A DNA stretch of 34,155 nucleotides. Origin: Kiloniellales bacterium. Lineage in GTDB: Bacteria > Pseudomonadota > Alphaproteobacteria > JBHICX01. The stretch lies in contig JBHICX010000002.1 in assembly GCA_046759805.1 (NCBI GenBank), positions 1 through 34,155 of the forward strand. Direction: 5' to 3'. Positions 9,750 to 17,472 of this stretch are shown here, in pieces (the stretch's first letter is position 1; every line of letters begins with the position of its first letter). Below the pieces are notes generated by a model, which was given only the letters and a program-made list of their open reading frames with translations, was not told the DNA's origin and searched no databases. A program made the position numbers and the translations under genes.

Positions 9750-10255
9750 CCACGCTCAGCGCGGAGGCTCTCGACGCCATCGTTTTCGACTTCGACGGGG
9801 TGCTCACCGACAACCGTGTGGTGGTGTTCCAGGACGGCCGCGAAGCGGTCTTCTGCAACCGGGGCGACGGGCTCGCCTTCGATTATCTGCGCCGGGTGGA
9901 GATGCCGGCTTACATCCTGTCGCGGGAAACCAACCCGGTGGTCGCCGCACGGGCGGAGAAGCTCGGGGTGCCGGTCTATGCCGGGGTGAAGGACAAGGCC
10001 GAGGGGCTCGAGCGGCTGTGCGCCGAGCGCGGTCACGCCCCGGCGCGCATCCTCTACGTCGCCAACGACGTCATCGACCTGCCGGTGATGCGGCGGGTGG
10101 GCTTCGCGGCCGCCGTCGCCGACGCCCATCCGGCGGTGCGCGAGGCCGCTTCGATGGTGCTGGAAACCCGCGGCGGCGCCGGCGTGGCCCGCGAGATCGT
10201 CGAGTCGGTGGTCGCCTTCGCAGCGCCGTTCGACGCGGAGGTACTGCGCCGCTGA
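9746..10255 (+). CDS. KdsC-type HAD-IIIA phosphatase (ulosonate-phosphate phosphatase family)
   Basis: Start ATG 9746 (ATGA overlap). 169 aa. HAD motif I FDFDGVLTD, motif IV YVANDVIDLPVM, and TRGGAGVAREIVE, typical of KDO-8-P / KDN-9-P phosphatases. Confidence 0.85.
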   Translation: MTTLSAEALDAIVFDFDGVLTDNRVVVFQDGREAVFCNRGDGLAFDYLRRVEMPAYILSRETNPVVAARAEKLGVPVYAGVKDKAEGLERLCAERGHAPARILYVANDVIDLPVMRRVGFAAAVADAHPAVREAASMVLETRGGAGVAREIVESVVAFAAPFDAEVLRR

Positions 10256-11115
10256 TGCCAATCGATTCGTCGACATCCCAAGTGGTGGTCTATCTCGGCT
10301 ATCACAAGACCGCCAGCAAATGGGTGTGGAACAATTTCTTCAAGCGCCATTACCCGTGCCGCCAGGTGAACCTGTTCGAGCGGCCGGCGGCCGAGTTGAG
10401 AAAGACCATAGGCGGCACCGGCTCCCCCTTCATCCTGCGCCAGCGCATCGAAGGCGGCCTCATGGGCGGGGAGTTGCCGGCCCTGGTGGAGACCATTGCC
10501 GAGGCGTTCCCCGATGCCCGGGTGGTCGCCGGAATCCGCTCCCAGCGCTCGATGCTGCCGTCCCACTACGGCCAGTACGTCACCAACGGCGGGCGGCTGG
10601 GGTTCGCCGCCTATCTCGACCAGGTGGTGAAGACCAAGTGGCATTACACGCCCGTCCTCAAGGCCTTCCTCGAGCGGTTCGGCGACAACATGTTCGTGTA
10701 TCTGTTCGAGGAGTTGCGGGAGGACCCGTTCGCGCTCCTGTGCCGGCTGCGTGACTTCGTAGGCGCGCCGGAGGGCGGGCTCGACGACCAGGCGCTGCGG
10801 CGCGTCGCCGCCGTGCCGCCGATGAACCCGCAGCGCAACGACCTGGTCGTCGACACCATGCTGCTGTTGAACCGCCTGCGCATGCGTCACCCGAAGAACG
10901 CCATCTTCCCGGAGCTCCGCCGGCCGGGGCACGACCACATCCTGGTCGAGGTGGCCGAGGTTATCGCCAGGTCCTACGCGGCACGCTACGGCCGGCCGCT
11001 GCGCTACCGCAGGTTCGACGACCGTGGCGCCCTCGGCCCGGCCTATGGGGCGGAGAACCAGGAGTTGTCGGCGCTGCTGGATCGGCCGTTGCGGGACTAT
11101 GGCTATCCGAGCTAA
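10255..11115 (+). CDS. sulfotransferase-family protein
   Basis: Start ATG 10255 (TGATG overlap). 286 aa. VVVYLGYHKTASKWV is 5'-PSB-like and AGIRSQRSMLPSHYGQYV is 3'-PB-like. The upstream part of track ORF 9736..11115 is a shadow extension. Confidence 0.55.
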   Translation: MPIDSSTSQVVVYLGYHKTASKWVWNNFFKRHYPCRQVNLFERPAAELRKTIGGTGSPFILRQRIEGGLMGGELPALVETIAEAFPDARVVAGIRSQRSMLPSHYGQYVTNGGRLGFAAYLDQVVKTKWHYTPVLKAFLERFGDNMFVYLFEELREDPFALLCRLRDFVGAPEGGLDDQALRRVAAVPPMNPQRNDLVVDTMLLLNRLRMRHPKNAIFPELRRPGHDHILVEVAEVIARSYAARYGRPLRYRRFDDRGALGPAYGAENQELSALLDRPLRDYGYPS

Positions 11116-11131
11116 GGCGACCGCGGCGCCC

Positions 11132-12649
11132 ATGCGCGTCCTGCGCGATCTGGTGCCCCTGCTGCTGCTGGCGAGTTGGCCGTTCGTGGCGTTCCTCGCC
11201 GCGAACAAGGCGCAGATCTTTCGCCTCGAAGATGTCCTGGTTCCCTGGGGTGCCTACGTTGTTGCCCTGACCGCCGGGGCGTTGCTCGCCGCGCGTTGGA
11301 TCAGGGGCCTCTCGCTTGTGCGCGTCGCCATCGTCGTAGGCGCGCTGAGCGCCACCTTCTTCGGCTTCGGCAGCCTCGGCCACCTGCTCGGCCTCGCCGG
11401 CATCGAGCTCGGCACCGTTTGGCTGCTGGTCTGGCTGGTCGCCTTTGCCGCCGTCGGCGGCTTGTGCTGGGTGTTCTCGCGGCGGCCCGCCGCCTGGCTC
11501 GTTACCACGGTTGTGGCCGCGGCATTCCTCGTCTGGCCCAGCCTCGATCTGGCCTCAGCCTGGTTCACCGGCGGCAGCCGGCAGGCGGGCGAGGACAAAG
11601 TGGCGACGACGCAACCGGGCACCGGCAAGATGCCCAACGTCTACTGGTTCCTGCTCGACGGCTATGTGCGCGATGACAGCCTCAGGCGCTACTTCGCCCA
11701 CGACAACGGGCCGTTCGTGCAATTCCTGAGCGAGCGCGGCTTCCAGATCGGCTGGGCCAGCCATTCCAACTACGACAACACCACCTTCTCGCTCGCCTCG
11801 ACCATGGGCATGGATTACGTGTACCTGCCGGGTGAGCCACGCCCTCCATCGCGCGCTTACACGCGCACGCTCGCCGGCTTCAATCCGGTGGTGCGCAAGT
11901 TCCTGGCCACGGGCTACCGCTACATCCACGCGCCTTACGCCGGTTCAGCGAAGACCCAGTGCGGCGGCCTGGAGCACCGCTGCATCCGCGCCCGGCCGAG
12001 CGGGCGCATCCCCCTGAACGAGGTACAGGTGAACCTGTTGCGCTTGACGCCGCTGTTCCGGGTCATCCGCCGGCTGATGCCGGGGGCGTTCCGCTACGAC
12101 CACATCTTCATCGCCGACGTGATGGCCGCCATGCGCGACGGGGAGGCGGCGCCGTTCTTCCTGTTCGCCCACATCCTGTCGCCGCACGCGCCGCCGCGCT
12201 TCACTCCGGAATGCCGGCGCCTGGACGATGTGGCCGCCAGCCTCGACGTCGGCGAGGGGTTCTACGATCCGGTCCAGTTCCGCACCGACGTTAGATGCAC
12301 CAACCGGTCGCTGGAGCGGGCAGTCCGGGAGATCGTCGAACGGGACTCGAGCGACCCGATAATCATCCTGCAAGGCGACCATGGCTTCAAATTCCGCCTG
12401 CCCGGGGAGTCGGAGGGCGCACTCGAGGCCGCCGCCGACGGCGTCCTAGCGGCTCGCCGTCTGGCCATCCTGAACGCGATCCGCTTGCCTACGGCCTGCC
12501 GGGACCGGTTTTACGAGACCATCTCGCCGGTCAACACCTTCCGGCTCGTGTTCGCATGCATCGAGGGCCGCCAGCCCGAATTCGTCGCCGACCGGCACTT
12601 CCTTCGCCCTCGGGGATCGGAGGGGGGCCTCAAGGAAGTGCATCCGTGA
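11132..12649 (+). CDS. membrane-anchored sulfatase-fold (alkaline phosphatase superfamily, LtaS/EptA-like) hydrolase/transferase, paralog 1
   Basis: Start taken at ATG 11132 (MRVLRDLVPLLLLASWPFVAFL..). About 5 N-terminal hydrophobic helices, then MPNVYWFLLDGYVRDD (metal-site Asp), NTTFSLASTMGM (Ser/Thr nucleophile region), HILSPHAPPRF and ILQGDHGFKF. No C/S-x-P-x-R formylglycine motif seen. Confidence 0.75.
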   Translation: MRVLRDLVPLLLLASWPFVAFLAANKAQIFRLEDVLVPWGAYVVALTAGALLAARWIRGLSLVRVAIVVGALSATFFGFGSLGHLLGLAGIELGTVWLLVWLVAFAAVGGLCWVFSRRPAAWLVTTVVAAAFLVWPSLDLASAWFTGGSRQAGEDKVATTQPGTGKMPNVYWFLLDGYVRDDSLRRYFAHDNGPFVQFLSERGFQIGWASHSNYDNTTFSLASTMGMDYVYLPGEPRPPSRAYTRTLAGFNPVVRKFLATGYRYIHAPYAGSAKTQCGGLEHRCIRARPSGRIPLNEVQVNLLRLTPLFRVIRRLMPGAFRYDHIFIADVMAAMRDGEAAPFFLFAHILSPHAPPRFTPECRRLDDVAASLDVGEGFYDPVQFRTDVRCTNRSLERAVREIVERDSSDPIIILQGDHGFKFRLPGESEGALEAAADGVLAARRLAILNAIRLPTACRDRFYETISPVNTFRLVFACIEGRQPEFVADRHFLRPRGSEGGLKEVHP

Positions 12650-12699
12650 ACCGGTCATTGATCGCAACGGATCGGGCCTTTAAGAGTTGACGGCGGTGG

Positions 12700-13578
12700 G
12701 TGATTCCGGGAGCGGCGTCCGGCATGCGACTTAAGGAGTTCGTCCCCCGCCCGCTGCGGCCGGCCGCCAAACGCGCCTACGACAGCTTACGGGTACAATA
12801 CGACCGGCACGTGCACGAGCGCCCGAGTGCCTCTTATCGCCGTAGGGTCTCTAAGCGGGCCACGCTGCCCGGCTTCCTGGAGTACGCGGAAAAACTGTGC
12901 GCCGACGGGGGTGTGGTGATCCCGGGTTTCTTCGGCGAGGATCGCCTGACCGAAATGCGCGAGGAGTTCGAGCGGCTGGTGGCAACCAACCCGCCCAATC
13001 CGGACTCGGCGAAGGACCACTCGGTGCACATCGCCACCGCGCGTTTCCGCGAAACGGCCCTGTTCAGCGAACTCACGTTCGAGCCCAACATGCTGGCGCT
13101 GGTCCAGTACTACTGGGGCAAGCCGGTGGTCCTACACGGCACCGGGGGAACGCGTTACGAGCCCGCCCGCCTGGACGACCGCGGCTCCAACCAGTGGCAC
13201 CACGACGGCAAGCGCAAGCAGGTCCGCGCCTTCATTTTCCTCACCGACGTGCCGGCGGACGGACAGGGCACCCAGTTCGTGCCCGGCAGCCACCGCATCT
13301 TCCACCACGACATCACCCGATCCCGGGCGAGTGAGGCGGAGGTATTGGCTTACGGGACCCCGGTTAGCTGCGCCGGTCCCGCCGGATCGATCGCCATGAT
13401 CGACACCAACGCCTTCCACCGCGCCACGCGCAACCTGGGGCCCCGGCGCGATACCTGGGCCTATTCGTATCGGGCGCCCAACCCGATGTCGACGCAACTC
13501 AATCCGGTCCCCGTGCTGCATCCCGACGTCGTGGAAAGGCTGACCGAGGAGCAGCGTTGGATCGCCCGGATCGCCTGA
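12700..13578 (+). CDS. phytanoyl-CoA dioxygenase (PhyH)-family Fe(II)/2-oxoglutarate dioxygenase
   Basis: 292 aa from GTG 12700 (alternative ATG at 12724). NQWHHDGKRKQVRAFIFLTDV..GTQFVPGSHR carries the H-x-D ... PGSH pattern of PhyH enzymes. Confidence 0.8.
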   Translation: MIPGAASGMRLKEFVPRPLRPAAKRAYDSLRVQYDRHVHERPSASYRRRVSKRATLPGFLEYAEKLCADGGVVIPGFFGEDRLTEMREEFERLVATNPPNPDSAKDHSVHIATARFRETALFSELTFEPNMLALVQYYWGKPVVLHGTGGTRYEPARLDDRGSNQWHHDGKRKQVRAFIFLTDVPADGQGTQFVPGSHRIFHHDITRSRASEAEVLAYGTPVSCAGPAGSIAMIDTNAFHRATRNLGPRRDTWAYSYRAPNPMSTQLNPVPVLHPDVVERLTEEQRWIARIA

Positions 13579-13652
13579 CATTCGCGCGAACGAGTCCGAC
13601 ATTGCCGAGACCCAAGACGACGGCGCGGTTGGCCGGCACCGAGCGGGCGGTG

Positions 13653-15017
13653 ATGAGCCGAAACCAGATCGCGGCCCTGTTCCTCGCCGCCGTCCTGATC
13701 CGGCTCGCCTATGTCGGGGTGGTGGTGCTGTTGGACGGCAGCTTCGACAACGGCAGCGACTCGGGCAAGTACCTGATACGGGCCTCGAACCTCCTGCAAT
13801 ACGGCGCCATCGTCTATTGGGACCACGGGGTGCTCATTCCCGACACCGCGCGCATGCCGCTCTATCCCTACTTCCTGGCCGGCGTTCTGGGCGCAATTGG
13901 CGAGGATGCGCTGTGGGCGGTGGCGGTCCTCCAGGCGTTCATCGACGCCGCCACGGTCATCGCCGTCGGCCTGATTGCCGGCTTGATCGACCGCCGATGG
14001 GCGGTGCCAGCGGCGGCGCTCGCCTGCGTATGGACGACGATGGTTGTCTATTCGTCCTTCGTGTTGACCGACACCCTGTTCCTGGCCTTTTTCGCCTGGG
14101 GGCTGTGCGCCTGCCTGTGGGCGGTGCGAAGCCAACGCAAGGTAGTGTTGCTTATTGCTGCCGGCGCTTGTTTCGGGCTCGCCGTGCTCACCCGCCCGAT
14201 CTTGATTTTCTTTCCCTATCTGCTCATGCCGGCGCTTGCTTGCATGTTGTGGGCCGCGGCCGGGCTCGGATGGCGACGCGCCATCGGACTGGCGGCGATT
14301 CCCGCCCTCCTGCTGGCCGCGGCGCTCATGCCGCGCCTGGGCATGACCTACGCCCACTACGGCGCGCCGGTGGTCACCACCCAGACTGGGAACCAGGCCC
14401 TCGACGTGGTCGACCAGTTCCTGCGCCTGTGCCCGCAATGTGTGGCCGAGCGGAGGGAGCAAGGCATGCACGCGAAGGTTGCGGCACTGTTGGACCAGGA
14501 GGATGCGGCGGATCGAAGGAATCCGCTAGTCCTCGACCGCATTCGCCGCGAGGTGGCATTCGAATACTTGAAGGAGTTGCCGCCCCTCGTGGTGCTTCGG
14601 GGCGTGCTCACCGCGGTCCTGCGCTCGACGCTGCAGACCGGGCTCTACGAGGCCGGATACCAGCTCAACCGCAACCCGATGTTCTTCTCCGCCGCCCCCG
14701 GGGCGTCCTTGGCGGCCCGAATCTGGAACTTCGCCAAGGCCGTCCTCGGCGACGGCTACCTGTTCGCCTGGGCGCTGGCCCAGGCCGCCGTGCTCATTGG
14801 CTTCGCGCTTCAGCTGGGGGGTGTCGTGGCCGGCGTCCGGGACCCGGGTGCCCGGCCTTTCGTCATGTTCCTGATGGCGGTCGCCGCCTACTTCCTGGCG
14901 CTCAACGGCCCGTTCGGCAATCCGCGCTACGGCATGCCGCTGGCGCCCACGTTGGTCGTGCTCACCGTCGCCGGGGGCTTCCTGGTATGGCGGCGGCTTG
15001 CTAACCGGCGAATTTGA
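13653..15017 (+). CDS. GT-C fold membrane glycosyltransferase (ArnT/PMT_2, GT39/GT83-like)
   Basis: Start taken at ATG 13653 (MSRNQIAALFLAAVLIRLAYV..). 454 aa and polytopic (>=9 hydrophobic segments). First-loop acidic motif DNGSDSGKY, then MPLYPYFLAGV, typical of ArnT/PMT-like enzymes. Confidence 0.65.
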   Translation: MSRNQIAALFLAAVLIRLAYVGVVVLLDGSFDNGSDSGKYLIRASNLLQYGAIVYWDHGVLIPDTARMPLYPYFLAGVLGAIGEDALWAVAVLQAFIDAATVIAVGLIAGLIDRRWAVPAAALACVWTTMVVYSSFVLTDTLFLAFFAWGLCACLWAVRSQRKVVLLIAAGACFGLAVLTRPILIFFPYLLMPALACMLWAAAGLGWRRAIGLAAIPALLLAAALMPRLGMTYAHYGAPVVTTQTGNQALDVVDQFLRLCPQCVAERREQGMHAKVAALLDQEDAADRRNPLVLDRIRREVAFEYLKELPPLVVLRGVLTAVLRSTLQTGLYEAGYQLNRNPMFFSAAPGASLAARIWNFAKAVLGDGYLFAWALAQAAVLIGFALQLGGVVAGVRDPGARPFVMFLMAVAAYFLALNGPFGNPRYGMPLAPTLVVLTVAGGFLVWRRLANRRI

Positions 15018-15018
15018 C

Positions 15019-15846
15019 ATGACCCGCGACGACGTGCGGCTCACGCCGCAGGACAAGCGCCGGTTCGAGACGGACGGCTACTACCTGCTCAAGGGCCTCC
15101 TCGGCCCCGAGGAGGCGCGCGCATACCGGCACCTGATCAATCGAGCCCTCGATCTGCCGGAGACTGACTTGGAGTCCGACCAGATCGGTCAACGCACCTA
15201 CTCGCTGGCCGACGGCGTGACCAAGAGCCCCGACTTCTGGCCGCTGATCTTCAACCGGCGGCTGGTGGCGACGGTGCGGGAGCTGTTGGGAGGCGACATC
15301 CGCTACACCCAGCATTCAGACCTGCACATCAATCTGAGGGGTGGCCGCTACCACCGGGATAGCGCCTGCAGGGAATTTGGCCAGGGCCCCGACTGGGACG
15401 AGACCGAGGCGCCCTACAAGGTGGTGCGGGTCGCGATCTATCTGTCGGATTTCCGCGACAGCGGGTCTTCGATCATCATCCTGCCGGGCAGCCACCGCAG
15501 GGAATCGTCGCTCAACCGGCTGGAGTACGTCGCCTGGAACAAGCTGCGGGCGTTGGCACGCCGGCACGGCCGCAACGACATGCTGCCGCACGTCTTCCTC
15601 ACGCGACCGCAGCTAACCATCAGGACCGAACCGGGCGATTGCGTCGTCTTCGACCAACGGTTGATGCACGCGGGCGGTGTTCTTCGCGGCGCCAATCCGA
15701 AATACTCGGTGTTCCTGGCCTATGGCTTGGACAACCATCATTCGCGGAACCACCGCGCGTTCTTCCTGAAACGACCGACCTACAGCCCGGACATCCCGGC
15801 GGAGCTGCGCGACAGGCTCAAGGCGGAAAACCTGCTGCTCGCCTGA
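15019..15846 (+). CDS. phytanoyl-CoA dioxygenase (PhyH)-family Fe(II)/2-oxoglutarate dioxygenase (second copy)
   Basis: Start ATG 15019, 1 nt after the upstream stop. 275 aa. FETDGYYLLKGLL, GGRYHRDS (H-x-D), VAIYLSDF..IIILPGSHR and VVFDQRLMHAG (distal His). Confidence 0.8.
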   Translation: MTRDDVRLTPQDKRRFETDGYYLLKGLLGPEEARAYRHLINRALDLPETDLESDQIGQRTYSLADGVTKSPDFWPLIFNRRLVATVRELLGGDIRYTQHSDLHINLRGGRYHRDSACREFGQGPDWDETEAPYKVVRVAIYLSDFRDSGSSIIILPGSHRRESSLNRLEYVAWNKLRALARRHGRNDMLPHVFLTRPQLTIRTEPGDCVVFDQRLMHAGGVLRGANPKYSVFLAYGLDNHHSRNHRAFFLKRPTYSPDIPAELRDRLKAENLLLA

Positions 15847-15893
15847 TCCGCCGGCCCGCCATCCTCCCCTGTCCATCGAAGGAGGTGCCCGAG

Positions 15894-16739
15894 ATGACAA
15901 CTAGGCGACCCTTCCTGATCGCCGAGATCGGCATCAACCACAACGGCGACGTCGAGCTTGCCAAGCGGATGATAGACGCCGCCAAGGACGCGGCGTTTGA
16001 CGCCGTCAAGTTCCAGAAGCGCACCATCGACCTGGTCTATTCGAAGGAGTTCCTCGACGGCTTCCGGGACAGCCCCTGGGGAACCACCCAGCGCGCCCAG
16101 AAGGAGGGCCTGGAGCTCTCGGAAGCCGACTACGTGGAGATCGACCGCACCTGCAAGGATTTGGACATCCAGTGGACGGCGTCCGCATGGGACCTGGAGA
16201 GCCTCAAATTCCTGGGCCGGTTCGACGTGCCGTTCCACAAGGTGGCCTCGCCGATGCTCGGCCACACCCCGCTGTTGCAGGAGATCGCCGCCGAGGGCAA
16301 GAAGACCTTCATCTCCACCGGCATGTCCACGCTCGACGAGATCGACCAGGTGGTCGATCTGTTCCGCAAGGCGAACTGCCCGTTCGAGCTGATGCATTGC
16401 AACAGCACCTATCCGATGCGCATGGAGGACGCCAATCTGGCGTGCATTCCCATGCTGCGGGAGCGCTACGGCGCCGACGTCGGCTATTCCGGCCACGAGA
16501 CCTGTCTGGTCACCGTCTGCGTCGCCGCGGTGGCGCTGGGCGCCACCTCGCTCGAGCGCCACGTGACCCTGGACCGCAGCATGTACGGCTCCGACCAGGC
16601 CGCCTCCATCGAATGCAAGTCATTGCGTAGCTTCGTGACCGCGGTCCGGGCGGTGCCGGGGATCCTGGGGGATGGGGTGAAGCGGGTGAACGACACCGAG
16701 CGGCCGCTCCGCGAGAAGCTCTACGTCAATGTCGCCTGA
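15894..16739 (+). CDS. NeuB-family nonulosonate (sialic/legionaminic/pseudaminic-type) synthase, TIM-barrel only (no C-terminal SAF domain)
   Basis: GGAGG RBS at 15881-15885 and ATG at 15894. PFLIAEIGINHNGDVELAKRMIDAAKDAAFDAVKFQKR is the canonical NeuB N-terminus. 281 aa, ending right after the barrel (..RPLREKLYVNVA*). Confidence 0.9.
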   Translation: MTTRRPFLIAEIGINHNGDVELAKRMIDAAKDAAFDAVKFQKRTIDLVYSKEFLDGFRDSPWGTTQRAQKEGLELSEADYVEIDRTCKDLDIQWTASAWDLESLKFLGRFDVPFHKVASPMLGHTPLLQEIAAEGKKTFISTGMSTLDEIDQVVDLFRKANCPFELMHCNSTYPMRMEDANLACIPMLRERYGADVGYSGHETCLVTVCVAAVALGATSLERHVTLDRSMYGSDQAASIECKSLRSFVTAVRAVPGILGDGVKRVNDTERPLREKLYVNVA

Positions 16740-17472
16740 GGCGATGGCGCATACGGTCTGCGTGGTGTTGGCGCGCGGCGGCTCCAAGGGCATCCCGGCC
16801 AAGAACCTGGCCGATTTCTGCAGCAAGCCGCTCTTGGCCTGGACCCTCGAACAGGCCCTGGCGGCGACCCGCATCGACCAGGTTTGGGTGAGCTCCGACA
16901 GCGATGCGGTCCTCGACCTCGCCCGGTCGCTCGGCGCCGGGACGATCCGGCGGCCGGCGGCGCTGGCCGGCGACGGGGCGAGCTCGGAGTCCGGCTGGCT
17001 GCACGCGCTCGAGGTCCTGGAGGGCGAAGGTACTACCGTCGACCTCATGGTCGGGCCGCAATGCACCTCGCCGGTGCGCCAAGCCGCCGACTTCGACCGG
17101 GCGATCGAGCGGTTCCAGGCGGAGGGGTTGGATTCACTGTTTTCGGCGACGCTGTTGCCGCATTTCAACTTCTGGCGCACCGACGCGCGCGGCCGGTTCG
17201 CGAGCTTCAACTACGATTACCGGCGGCGCGGATTCCGTCAGGACCAGCCGCCGCAATACCTCGAGAACGGGTCGTTCTACCTGATGAAGCCGGAGATCCT
17301 GCGCCGGCACAACAACCGGCTCGGCGGCCGGATCGGCGTCTACTGCATGGACTTCTGGAAAAGCTTCCAGATCGACGAGGCGGAGGACCTGCGCTTCTGC
17401 GAGACCTTGATGCGCGCCTATCTACCGAATGACGTCGCGGCGGCGCGAACCGGCCAAGACACGGGATCATGA
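16729..17472 (+). CDS. acylneuraminate cytidylyltransferase (NeuA-type CMP-nonulosonate synthetase), second copy
   Basis: 247 aa (alternative ATG at 16744). CVVLARGGSKGIPAKNL signature. Overlaps the NeuB-like stop by 11 nt if it starts at 16729. Confidence 0.85.
   Translation: MSPEAMAHTVCVVLARGGSKGIPAKNLADFCSKPLLAWTLEQALAATRIDQVWVSSDSDAVLDLARSLGAGTIRRPAALAGDGASSESGWLHALEVLEGEGTTVDLMVGPQCTSPVRQAADFDRAIERFQAEGLDSLFSATLLPHFNFWRTDARGRFASFNYDYRRRGFRQDQPPQYLENGSFYLMKPEILRRHNNRLGGRIGVYCMDFWKSFQIDEAEDLRFCETLMRAYLPNDVAAARTGQDTGS

Noticed and set aside
11132-12649. Reading the two 'sulfatase' homologs (also 19234..20754) as genuine sulfate-ester hydrolases
   Set aside because: No C/S-x-P-x-R formylglycine motif is visible in either protein, and both have large N-terminal membrane domains like LtaS/EptA-type transferases. 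The question stays open until profile or structure comparison is done.
12650-12723. TTGACG hexamer (12687-12692) in the short gap before the first PhyH gene, considered as a possible promoter -35
   Set aside because: No matching -10 element occurs at appropriate spacing. The gap is short and the flanking genes are co-oriented, so read-through from the operon is the simpler explanation.
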